A stretch of 64,000 nucleotides of DNA, taken from NCBI GenBank assembly GCA_963767005.1, contig CAVYCN010000002.1, forward strand, positions 128,001-192,000, read 5' to 3'. The notes under the pieces are model-generated. The model did no database searches. It had not been told where the DNA came from and was given only the letters and a program-made list of their open reading frames with translations. A program made the translations under genes and the position numbers. The stretch is from an uncultured Actinomycetes bacterium. GTDB lineage: Bacteria; Actinomycetota; Thermoleophilia; UBA2241. Shown one piece after another: positions 18,028 through 27,900 of this stretch; positions within the stretch are counted from its first letter, which is position 1, and each line of letters opens with the position of its first letter.

Positions 18028-19434
18028 GTGGGGGAGGACGAGCGGCAGGCGCCGGGTAGCGAGCGCACAGGCGACGACCCCCTGGCCATGGACGCGGCCG
18101 ACATGCGCGCCCTCGGTTACTGGGTGGTCGACCGCGTCGTGGAGCATCTCGAGCGCTTGCCCGACGAGCCGGCGATCGTGACGGTCGCGCCCGACGACCT
18201 CGCCGCCGCGCTCGGCGGCCCGCCGCCGCTCGACGGCGGCGATCCCCTGGCCGCCATGGAGACGCTCGTGACCGTGGCCCTTGCCGCCATGCAGCACGGC
18301 GACCACCCGCGCTACTTCGCCCGCGTGCCCGGGCCTTCGTCGTATCCGGGCGTGCTCGGCGACTGGCTGGCCACCGGGTTCAACGCGATCGCCTCGTCGT
18401 GGGTGGGGAGCTCGGGCGTGTCGGCGGTCGAGCTCGTGGCGCTGGACTGGCTGCGGGCGCTGCTGGGCCTGCCCGAGGGAGCCGAGGGCCTCATGACGAG
18501 CGGCGGCTCGCTCGCCAACCTGACGGCGCTCGCGGCCGCCCGCGCCGCGGCCGGACCCGGCGTGTGCTACCTGTCCGACCAGACCCATGCTTCGATCATG
18601 CGGGCGCTGTCCGTGCTCGGCTTTGCGGCCGACGAGGTGCGCGTGCTGCCGACCGGCGCCGACCTGCGCCTGGCGACGGCGGACCTGCCGGCGGCGATCG
18701 CCGCCGACAGGTCCGCCGGCCGGCGCCCCGGCTTTGTCGTGGCCACGGCCGGCACCACCAACACCGGCGCCGTCGACCCGCTCGCGGAGCTCTCCGCACT
18801 CTGCCGCGCCGAGGGGCTCTGGCTCCACGTCGACGGCGCCTACGGCGCCGCGGCCGCGCTCTGCGAGGAGGGTCGCCGGCACTTGGGCGGCCTCGATCTG
18901 GCCGACTCCGTCGTCGTCGATCCGCACAAGTGGCTTTTCCAGCCCTACGACCTGGGCTGCGTGTTCGTGCGCCGTCCGGGCGTGCTGGCAAACGCCTTTC
19001 GCATGACGCCCGAGTACCTGGCCGACGCGACCGGCGGGGGAGAGGTCGACCTTCGCGACCGCGGCCCCGAGCTCACGCGCCGGGGACGGGCGCTCAAACT
19101 GTGGTTGACCTTCAAGGTCTACGGCTCACGCCGCCTGGGCGCGGCGGTCGCGCGCGGCATCGAGAACGCCGAGCACGCCGAGCGGCTGATCGCGGCCGAC
19201 CCCGGCTGGCGGGTGGTCACGCCGGCGCAGCTCGCCATCGTGACCTTCGCGCCGCTCGACGCCGGCGACGATACCTGCCGGGCGCTCGCCGAGCGCGTCG
19301 CGCGCTCCGGCGTGGCGGCCCTCACCAGCACGCGCCTGCACGGCCGCCCCGTGTTACGCCTGTGCACGATCAACCCGCGGACCACGCCGGCCGACGTCGC
19401 GCGCACACTCGCGGCGCTCGGTGTCCGCGTCTAG
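18028..19434 (+). CDS. PLP-dependent group II decarboxylase (aromatic-L-amino-acid decarboxylase-like)
   Basis: HPRYFA, SGGSLANL, TAGTTNTGAVD, WLHVDGAYG, DPHKW. Start uncertain (18028 or 18088). Confidence 0.88.
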   Translation: MGEDERQAPGSERTGDDPLAMDAADMRALGYWVVDRVVEHLERLPDEPAIVTVAPDDLAAALGGPPPLDGGDPLAAMETLVTVALAAMQHGDHPRYFARVPGPSSYPGVLGDWLATGFNAIASSWVGSSGVSAVELVALDWLRALLGLPEGAEGLMTSGGSLANLTALAAARAAAGPGVCYLSDQTHASIMRALSVLGFAADEVRVLPTGADLRLATADLPAAIAADRSAGRRPGFVVATAGTTNTGAVDPLAELSALCRAEGLWLHVDGAYGAAAALCEEGRRHLGGLDLADSVVVDPHKWLFQPYDLGCVFVRRPGVLANAFRMTPEYLADATGGGEVDLRDRGPELTRRGRALKLWLTFKVYGSRRLGAAVARGIENAEHAERLIAADPGWRVVTPAQLAIVTFAPLDAGDDTCRALAERVARSGVAALTSTRLHGRPVLRLCTINPRTTPADVARTLAALGVRV

Positions 19435-19598
19435 GCACGGGCTGCTCCGCGGCGTGACAGGCGCGGCGACTTGAGGCAGAGTGGGCACGAGGAGCGCGCC
19501 GCTCGACCCGGTGTCACCGCGCCGCCGCCGCCCGGGCGTGACGCCCCTGCGCCGGACCGCCGCGACGACGACCGAAGCGAGGCGAAGGACTTGACGAC

Positions 19599-20174
19599 GT
19601 GAACGGCTACGACCTGATCGTGCTGGCGGCGCTGGCGCTGCTCGCGTTCCTCGGCCTGCGCCGCGGCCTGGTGGGCGAGCTCGTCGGCCTGGCGGCCTTC
19701 GTCGTCGCCCTGGCGCTTGCCTTCCGCTACGACGGTCCGGTCGGAGCCGCGCTGCGACGCCTGCCCGGCCATCTCACAGCGACGCAGGCGCGCATCGCCG
19801 CCTTCATCCTGATCGTGGTCGTCGTCGATGTGGTCGCGGCCCTGATCGCGCGGCGCCTCGGGCGGCTGCTCTCACGCGTGCCGGTGCTGGGCACCGTCAA
19901 CCGTGTCGGCGGCCTCGTCGTCGGCCTCGTGACCGCCCTCATCGGCGTGTGGCTGGTGACGAGCGCGCTGCTCGTGCTGCCCACCACCTACGTGCCCTGG
20001 GCGGCGACCGTGCACCGTTCCGAGACGGCGCGTCTGCTGCCGAGCGTGACTCCGCGCTGGGACCGTGAGCTTCATGCCTACGTCGAGAACTTCACGGCCG
20101 GTCGTGGCGCTCCGAGCCTGGAGCGCGAGCTGCGTCTGCTCTCGCGGGGCAAGTCGAGCGGCGCGTCGCGCTGA
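19599..20174 (+). CDS. CvpA family membrane protein
   Basis: D-x-I-V start, GLRRGLVGE, NRVGGLVVG, four TM segments. SD GAAGGA. Confidence 0.8.
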   Translation: MNGYDLIVLAALALLAFLGLRRGLVGELVGLAAFVVALALAFRYDGPVGAALRRLPGHLTATQARIAAFILIVVVVDVVAALIARRLGRLLSRVPVLGTVNRVGGLVVGLVTALIGVWLVTSALLVLPTTYVPWAATVHRSETARLLPSVTPRWDRELHAYVENFTAGRGAPSLERELRLLSRGKSSGASR

Positions 20175-20292
20175 GCGCGGCACGGCCTCGTGCGAGGCCC
20201 GTCGCTGGATGACGCATCTGCTCGGGGACGGCGCGACGCCGCGGCGACGTGACGCGCGCGGGCGACGCGCAAGCGGGGGCGAGCCGGCGAGC

Positions 20293-20643
20293 CTAGCAGG
20301 CGGCGGCGATGGCGGCCGCCCTGGTCGTGAACATCGCAAAGACGCGGTCGAGGCCGACCAGGGCGAAGACGTTCGTCATCGCCTCGTTGGGGCAGACGAT
20401 CGACAGCGAGCCGTGACGGGCCTGCTTGGCGCCGCTCACCAGCACGCCCAGGCCGGTGGAGTCGAGCGAGGTCGCCTGGGTGAGGTCGACGATCACATGG
20501 CGGACCCCCTGGGCGATCACGTTGAGCAGGAGCTCCTTGAAATGAGGGCCGGCGTAGACGTCGACGTCGCCGTCGAGGGCCAGCACGGCCACGTTCTTCG
20601 CGGGTTTGATGATCTCGGCGCGGAACTGCGGGTCGCTCTTCAC
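20293..20643 (-). CDS. STAS-domain anti-sigma factor antagonist (RsbV-like)
   Basis: LDGDVDVY, VIVDL...LDSTGLGVLV, VFALVGLD. SD AAAGGAGG before GTG 20643. Confidence 0.88.
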   Translation of the reverse strand: MKSDPQFRAEIIKPAKNVAVLALDGDVDVYAGPHFKELLLNVIAQGVRHVIVDLTQATSLDSTGLGVLVSGAKQARHGSLSIVCPNEAMTNVFALVGLDRVFAMFTTRAAAIAAAC

Positions 20644-20920
20644 AGTGGGACCTCCTTTGCCGTAGGCGGCGCGGCTCGCTGGACTAGTGGTGTGAGCCGC
20701 CGCTTTCCCGTGCGTGGTCGCCTGTGGGTGGCTTGGCGGTCGAGGCGGGTCGACCGGCTGCGGATCGGGACACCATATCACGTCGCGCAAGGGCGGCGAG
20801 GCTGGTCGAGCCCGGCCGGCGTGGGCGGGCCGGCACCGACACCCCGCCGGGCCACAGGCGTGCTCGGGGCCGTTGGGCGGGCCTTGAGGGCGCGTCAGGC
20901 GCCGGAAATCGTGTCGGGCG

Positions 20921-21583
20921 CTAGGACGAGGTGCCCGAGATGAGGTGCAGCTCCATGGCCTTGACGACGGCTTCGGAGCGGCTGCGCACGCCGAGCTTGC
21001 GGTAGATCGACGAGACGTGGTTCTGCACCGTCTTGGTCGACAGGAAGAGCTGCCCCGCGATCTGCGCGGCGGTCTGGGGCGTGGCCAGCAGGCGCAGCAC
21101 CTGGAGCTCCCGTTCGGACAGGTCGAGGCGGCGCCGCTCGTAGTCGCCGGGCGCGTAGTCGAGGCCGGTCACGCCGCCGGCGAGCCCCTCGGTGACCGAG
21201 CCGCCGAAGGCGCTGCCGCCGCCGGCGACCAGGTGGATGGCGCCGATCAGCTGGGCGGGGTCGGCGTCCTTGGCGATGTAGCCGCGGGCGCCGGCGGTGA
21301 TCGCGCTGAACAGCGCGTCGCGGTCATCACGGCCGCTCACGATGATGACCTTCACGTCGTCGCCGCGCTGCTTGAGGCGCTCCGAGGTGGCGAGGCCGTC
21401 GAGCCGGCCCGGCATGGAGATGTCGAGCAGCAGCACCGCGCCCGGGTTGGCCCGCACGGCCTCGAGGGCCTCGTCGCCGGTCGCGGCCTCGGCCACCACG
21501 GCGATGCCCTCGGCCTCGAGCAGCTGGGCAAGGCCGGCGCGCCACAGGGCATGGTCGTCGGCGATGATGACGCGCACGCTCAC
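20921..21583 (-). CDS. NarL/LuxR family response regulator
   Basis: IADDH, LLDISMP, GYIAK, LSERELQVL...FLSTKTVQNHVSSIYRKL. Confidence 0.93.
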   Translation of the reverse strand: MSVRVIIADDHALWRAGLAQLLEAEGIAVVAEAATGDEALEAVRANPGAVLLLDISMPGRLDGLATSERLKQRGDDVKVIIVSGRDDRDALFSAITAGARGYIAKDADPAQLIGAIHLVAGGGSAFGGSVTEGLAGGVTGLDYAPGDYERRRLDLSERELQVLRLLATPQTAAQIAGQLFLSTKTVQNHVSSIYRKLGVRSRSEAVVKAMELHLISGTSS

Positions 21584-22965
21584 GCGCGCCGACCCACGAG
21601 CAGCGACAGAGCGTCGATCAGGTCGTCCATGTCAAAAGGCTTCGCCATGAACCAGGCGTTGTCCTTGCGCGCGACCGAAAGAGCAGCGGCCGCCGTGTCG
21701 TCGCTGCTGACAACGAGCACCGGCAGCGTCGCCAGACGAGCGGCCGCCTCGACGCCGTCGATGCCGGGCAGGTGGTAGTCGAACACGCCGCAGTCGACGT
21801 TCAGGTCGGCCGCGCGGTCGACCACATCGTCGGCGCGGGCCGCCGTCTCGACGGCGCAGCCGGCCTCGCGCAGCGCGGCCGCCACGGCCTGGGCGAGGGG
21901 CTCGTCGTCGTCGACGACCAGCACGCGCCGGCCGTCGAGCCGGCCGCGGTCGGCGATCGGCAGGCGCACGGTGAACACGGCGCCGCGGTCGCCGCGGTCG
22001 GCGGCCGAGACGTCGCCGCCGGCTTCGAGCGCGAGGCGCCGCACGAGCCAGAGCCCCAGGCCGGTGCCCTGCGACTTGGTCGAAAAGAAGGGCGCGAAGA
22101 CGTCGCCGTCGGGCAGCCCCGGGCCGCGGTCGGCCACGGTGACCAGCGCGGCGCCGCGCGCGAAGCCGACGGTCACCTCGACCGGGCCGGCGCCGTCGCT
22201 CACCTCGACGGCGTTGTTCACGAGGTTGCCGACGATCGACGACAGGGCGGCGTGGTCGAGTGTCACGCGGGCGTCGCCCGTCACGCTCAGGCGCAGTTCC
22301 ATGTCGGGCGCGCGCAGGCGCTGCTCCTCCATGATCGCGGCGATCGACGTCGCGAGGGAGGTCAGGTGGAGGCCGGCACCGCTGGCCGCCGCGCCGGCCA
22401 TCGAGTGCAGGATGGTCGACAGGCGCGACTGGCATTCGGCGAGCTCGGCCCCGATCACGTCGAGATTGCCGAGCGCCGGTCCCTCGCCCGGCACCTGGCG
22501 GCGCAGGAGGCCGACGTACAGGCCGATCGTCGCGAGCGGCGACTTGAGCTCGTGGGCCATGGCGCTCGCCAGGCGGCCGGCGTCGGCCACCTGGCGCTCG
22601 GCCTCGGCGCGGCGCTCGCGGTCGAGGGTATCGGTCAGGTCGGTGAAGATCATCGCCACGATGGGCGGATCGCCGAGCAGGTGGAGGCCGTAGCCGACCG
22701 TGCGCCGTCCGCCGCCCGTGTCGACCTCGACCTGGGCGCGCGCCTGGCCGCGCCCGCTGGCGCGCCCCGCGGCCAGCGCCTCGGCGATCGCCCGCAGCGG
22801 CTGGTCGCCGGTGGCGAGGTCGGCGCAGGCGCGCGACAGCACGCGGTCGGCGGGCACACCGAGAATCTCCTGGGCGGCGTGGTTGTAGAGCGACACGACG
22901 CCGTCGTGGTCGACGGCGATCACGCCGGTGCCCATCTGCTCGAGGACGATGTCCGCCAGTGTCAC
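21580..22965 (-). CDS. Soluble hybrid sensor kinase PAS-HisKA-HATPase-REC
   Basis: PAS (GVIAVD..G....YNHAA), AHELKSPL, NLVNNA, DRGPG, FFSTK..GTGLGL, REC VVDDD/FDYHLP/KPF. No TM segment. GTG start inferred. Confidence 0.88.
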   Translation of the reverse strand: MTLADIVLEQMGTGVIAVDHDGVVSLYNHAAQEILGVPADRVLSRACADLATGDQPLRAIAEALAAGRASGRGQARAQVEVDTGGGRRTVGYGLHLLGDPPIVAMIFTDLTDTLDRERRAEAERQVADAGRLASAMAHELKSPLATIGLYVGLLRRQVPGEGPALGNLDVIGAELAECQSRLSTILHSMAGAAASGAGLHLTSLATSIAAIMEEQRLRAPDMELRLSVTGDARVTLDHAALSSIVGNLVNNAVEVSDGAGPVEVTVGFARGAALVTVADRGPGLPDGDVFAPFFSTKSQGTGLGLWLVRRLALEAGGDVSAADRGDRGAVFTVRLPIADRGRLDGRRVLVVDDDEPLAQAVAAALREAGCAVETAARADDVVDRAADLNVDCGVFDYHLPGIDGVEAAARLATLPVLVVSSDDTAAAALSVARKDNAWFMAKPFDMDDLIDALSLLVGRRA

Positions 22966-23064
22966 TGCCGACTCCCGGATCGCGGCCCCAGCGCCGAGGC
23001 GCTGCGGCGCCAAGTCTAGCCCAACGATGGTCCGGGTGGGGGCGCGTATGCGAGGACGCCGAGC

Positions 23065-23097
23065 GACTGCGTCGTCGGCGCTCAGGCTGGCGCGGCT
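23065..23097 (-). repeat. Dispersed intergenic repeat (29-bp-period family), copy 1
   Basis: Reverse complement AGCCGCGCCAGCCTGAGCGCCGACGACGCAGTC is 26/33 identical to 46016-46048. Confidence 0.55.
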
Positions 23098-24567
23098 CTA
23101 GTGAACGGTGAGGGTGCTCGCGGCGACGCACGCCTGCGTGTTGCCGGCGGCGTCGGTGGCGGCGACGGTGTAGCGGTAGCGGCCGGTCGCAAGGCGGCAG
23201 AGGAAGCGGGCCACATGGCCGGTGTTGAGCGCGACGCGGTGCGCGCTGATGGTCTTGACCAGGCGGCCGCCGGCCGTCCTGACCGTGATCGTCACGTCGG
23301 CGGTCTGCGGGACCGGGCCCGCCTCGGCGACCGAGTAGGAGAGCGTGGCCGTGCGGCCGCGGATCGCCCTGGCCGGCGCGGCGGCCGGTGCGGGGACGGC
23401 AGTGTCGATGCCGACGCTGCAGACCTTGACGGCCTCGCGGTTGCCGGCGACGTCGACGGAGCGGTACAGGATGGTGTGCAGGCCGTCGTTCGAGCGGTCG
23501 GCCGGCGCGGCGACGGTGAGCGACGTGCCGGCCGTCCAGGGGCCCTGGTCGACCTTGTACTCGGTGTAGGCCACGCCGCTGTCGTCGGTCGCCGCGAAGG
23601 CGACCGTGACCGCCTGGTCGTGCCAGGCGCCGTCGGCGCCGGTCACGGTGGTCGTCGGGGCCGTGGCGTCGCCGGCGCAGCGGCTCACGGTGAAGCCGGC
23701 GCCATCGGCGCCAAGCTGCGAAGCACCGGCCACGACGGCGCCGTCGCGGGCTACCATCGTGATGCGCCGGTGCGGGGTGGCGCTGAGCGGGCGACCGTCG
23801 ACGGCGCAGCCGCTGAAGGCGACCGCGTCAAAGCCGGCGAGCGGGATCAGGCGGGAGAGCGAAGCGTCCGTGGGCGCCTCGGCGACGATCTCGGCCGACG
23901 ACGGCGTGACCGCCGCGCCGCTCTGCGTGGTGCTGAACGTCGCGCCGGTGGTCTCGTCGGTCAACGTGAGCGTGTACGAGCCGTGGCCGTCGGTGACGAC
24001 CGAGGCGCTCAGTGTGTCGCCGGCGACGACGGCGAGGGTGGCGATCCGCGCCTCGGGCTGCGGATACATCTCATACCAGGCGTAGCAGGTGACCTGGCCG
24101 TCGCGGCTGAGGGCGGCGGTGCCGATCTGCTCGGCCGTGGCGCTGCCGTCGCCGTCGAGGCCGACCCAGAAGCTCGCCGCCTGCAGGCCGGCGTCGCCGG
24201 GCTGCACGGCGGGCTCCACCCAGGTCGCGGCGACGCTCGTGAAGCCGCCGGTGGCGTCGTAGCCGGCCCAGTTGAGGGCGGTGACGCCGGTCGTGGCGTC
24301 GGAGGAGTCGCCGGTCACGCCGCAGCGCGCGGTGTGGGGGAGAGGGGCGCGCTGCAGGGGAGTGGCGCAGGCCGCGATGGCGAGGGTCGATGTCGGGCAA
24401 GGCGCCATCGCGGCCTGCCCCGTGCCTGAGCGGGAGAGGGTGCTGCTCAGATCCTGCGGCGTGCCGGCGAGCGCGGGCGCGCTCCAGAAAAGGGTGAGAG
24501 CGCCAAGGGCCGCGGTGAGGACTGCTGCCAGCCGGGTCGTCCGCCGCTTCTGTGCCCTTGCGTTCAC
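23098..24567 (-). CDS. Secreted G1-family glutamic peptidase with Ig-like and basic C-terminal domains
   Basis: Signal peptide, LNWAGY, FWVGLDG, EQIGT, YAWYEMYP, SAEIVAEAP, then a DATAPTT...YRSVDVAGN Ig-like unit. SD GGAGG. Confidence 0.85.
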   Translation of the reverse strand: MNARAQKRRTTRLAAVLTAALGALTLFWSAPALAGTPQDLSSTLSRSGTGQAAMAPCPTSTLAIAACATPLQRAPLPHTARCGVTGDSSDATTGVTALNWAGYDATGGFTSVAATWVEPAVQPGDAGLQAASFWVGLDGDGSATAEQIGTAALSRDGQVTCYAWYEMYPQPEARIATLAVVAGDTLSASVVTDGHGSYTLTLTDETTGATFSTTQSGAAVTPSSAEIVAEAPTDASLSRLIPLAGFDAVAFSGCAVDGRPLSATPHRRITMVARDGAVVAGASQLGADGAGFTVSRCAGDATAPTTTVTGADGAWHDQAVTVAFAATDDSGVAYTEYKVDQGPWTAGTSLTVAAPADRSNDGLHTILYRSVDVAGNREAVKVCSVGIDTAVPAPAAAPARAIRGRTATLSYSVAEAGPVPQTADVTITVRTAGGRLVKTISAHRVALNTGHVARFLCRLATGRYRYTVAATDAAGNTQACVAASTLTVH

Positions 24568-24801
24568 TGCCCCTCCGGTGCCGCCCTGTGTGGGCCACTC
24601 CTTCCTTGCAGGAGCGTCGTCGACCGGCGCGCAGCCCGGTCTCGATAGGGCGCCCTCCCGTACTTGCGGGGCAGGGAACGCAGCGCCGGGGGCGAATGCG
24701 GCGCGACGGGGAGCGGTGTGCCGTCCGGCTCGGCCCGTCAGGGCCCCGACCGCCGCTCGGCCAGGCTCAACGGGAGGCTCGAGGGCGGCCTGCGGTCCAT
24801 A

Positions 24802-24828
24802 CCTAGTGTGTACTTAGTATTCACTAGG
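24802..24828. promoter_or_regulatory. AT-rich inverted repeat, candidate operator between divergent secreted-protein genes
   Basis: CCTAGTG-TG-TACT-T-AGTA-TT-CACTAGG, an AT-rich island in GC-rich DNA. Confidence 0.55.
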
Positions 24829-24936
24829 GACTAAACAGATGTCCCATGCATGCACGGGCTCGCGGAGCCGATGAGACGGAGTGAGAAGCACCAACGGGCG
24901 GCAGGCGCGTCTGCCGTCGTTCAGGCGGAGGTAGGA

Positions 24937-27900
24937 ATGGCAACGGTCCACAAGACGGCTCGCCGAGTCGGCGTGCTCGTCGCGCTCGCGACGATCCTCA
25001 CGGCGCTCGCGCTCTGGGCGAGTCCGGCCCAGGCAGCCGGTACCCCCAGCGCCGTGGCCAACCTCGTCTCGACCACGCATCCCAGCCAGTCCACCTGGTA
25101 CCCGCTGACGAACGCGGCCTTCACCTGGAGCGCCGCGACCGAGAGTGGCGGCACGATCGCCGGCTACTCGTTCACCTTCGACCAGAACGCGAGCGGCCTG
25201 CCCCCTGTCCTGTCCGGGGCGGCGCTGTCGTATGGGGCAAGAGTCAACTACACCGTGGGATCGAGCCCGGCCGAGATCCGCGTCGCCGACCTGAACGGCG
25301 ACGGGAAGCTCGACCTCGTGGCCGAGAACTCGGGCGCCAACACCGTGAGCGTGCTGCTCGGCAACGGCGACGGGACGTTCAAGGCGGCGGTCAACTACAC
25401 GACCGACAGCAACCCGTGGTCGCTGCAGGTCGGCGACGTCAATGGCGACGGCAAGCTCGACATCGTCACCTGCAACGAGTCGGCCAGCACGGTCAGCGTG
25501 CTGCTCGGCAACGGCGATGGCACGTTCAAGTCGGCGGTCAACTACACGACCGGCAGCGGTACGTCGCCGGAGTGCATGCGTCTGGGCGATCTGACCGGCG
25601 GCGGCAGTCTCGACATCATCACGGCCAACGCCGGCACCAACAACATCAGCGTGCTGAAGAACAACGGCAACGGCACCTTCGCCGCTCCCGTCATGTACAG
25701 CACCGCGACGCACCCGACCTCGATCGCCATCGGCGACCTGAACGGCGACGGCAAGCAGGACGTGGTGACGGCCAACTACGAGACGAACAACGTGAGCGTG
25801 CTCATAGGCAACGGCGACGGCACCTTCAAGGCGGCCGTCAACGACGCCTGCGGCACGACGCCGCAGACGGTCGAGCTCGCCGACTGCAACGGCGACGGTC
25901 ATCTCGACATCGTCACCGCCAACTACGACGGCACGGCGAGCGTGCTCCTGAACAAGGGCGACGGCACCTTCGCCACGCACGTCGACTACGCGACCGGGGC
26001 CGGCCCCTACTCGCTCTCGCTGGCCGACCTGAACCACGACGGCTACGTCGACATCGTGACCGTGAACCACACGGCCAACACGGTGAGCGTGCTGCTCGGC
26101 AACGGCGACGGCACCTTCCAGGCGCACAGCGACTACAGCACCGGCAACGGCCCCTTCTGGGTCGGCCTCGGTGACTTCAACGGCGACGGCTACGGCGACA
26201 TCGCCGTGACCAACTACACAGACGGCACCGTGAGCGTGCTCCTGGGCAGCGGCTACTACCGGCCGGCCTCGGGCAAGCTCGCCGCCTCGTTCAGTGGCGT
26301 CCACGACGGCACCTGGTACTTCCACGTGCGCGCGATCGACACCGCGGGCGTCGCCGGCCCGCCGAGCAGCTACCAGATCAATGTCGACACGGTCGCGCCC
26401 GTGACCACGGCGGCCGGCCTGCAAGGCTCGGCCTCGACCGGCTGGATCAACACCCAGACCGTGACGCTGACCGCGACCGACACCACGCCGGGCGTGGCCA
26501 CCTCGGGCGTGGCCACCACGTACTACACGCTCGACGGCACTCAGCACACCTACAGTGGCCCGTTCCAGGTGAACACGGCCGGTAGTCACACGATCACGTA
26601 CTGGTCGGTCGACAAGGCGGGCAACACCGAAGGCGCCCACACCGGCTACGTGAACATCGACCTGGCCGCACCGACGACCACGGCCACCACGAACCCCACG
26701 GGCTGGACCAACGGCTCCGTGCAGGTGACCCTCGCGGCGAGCGACACAGGCGGCTCCGGCGTGGACGACGACCTCCTACAAGATCGGCAACGGCGATCCG
26801 CAGACCTACAGCGGCCCGTTCACCGTCTCGAACGCCACGCCGATCGCGTACTGGTCGACCGACAAGGCCGGCAACGTCGAGTCGCAGAAGAGCCTCACAC
26901 CGATGATCGACACCGTCGCGCCGGTCACGACGGCCACGACGAACCCCAGCGGCTGGACCGACGGCGATGTCACCGTGACCCTGTCGGCCACCGACGACGG
27001 CGGCTCGGGCCTCGACACGACCTACTATCAGGTCGGCAGCGGCTCCGTGAAGACCTACGGTGATCCGTTCACGGTCTCGTCCGCGGCGCAGGTCACCTAC
27101 TGGTCGACCGACAACGCCGGCAACGAGGAGACTCATCACACCCTCACGCCGCAGATCGACCTCACGGCGCCGGTCACGACCGCCGCGACCGACCCCAGCG
27201 GCTGGACCAACGGCGATGTCACGGTGACCCTGTCGGCCACCGACGACGGCGGCTCCGGCCTCGACGCGACCTACTACAGGATCGGCGACGCAGATCCGCA
27301 GACCTACTCCGCTCCGTTCATCGTCTCCGACGCGACCCCGGTCACCTACTGGTCGACCGACAAGGCCGGCAACGAGGAACAGCCCGAGACGCTCACGCCG
27401 CAGATCGACCTCACGGCGCCGGTCACCACGGCGACGATGGACCCGTCGGGCTGGACCGACCACGACGTGACGGTGACCCTCGCGGCGAGCGACACAGGCG
27501 GCTCCGGCGTGGACACGACCTCCTACAAGATCGGCAACGGCGATCCGCAGACCTACAGCGGCCCGTTCACCGTCTCGAACGCCACGCCGATCGCGTACTG
27601 GTCGACCGACACGGCCGGCAACGTCGAAGACGCGACGAGCAACATGCTCACGCCGCAGATCGACACGACGGCGCCGGTCGTGACCGACGACGTCGCGACC
27701 GCCTGGCAGCATTCCGCCCAGAAGGTCACCATCAGCGCGTCCGACGAAGGTGGCTCCGGACTTGCCTCGCTGTCGTGCACGGTCGACGGCGTCGACCAGC
27801 AGCTGCCGGCCGCCGGCGGGAGCTTCACAGTCGCCGCTCAGGGCGTCCACACCATCGTCTACTCGGCGACCGACAACGCCGGCAACCAGAGCACGCCGGT

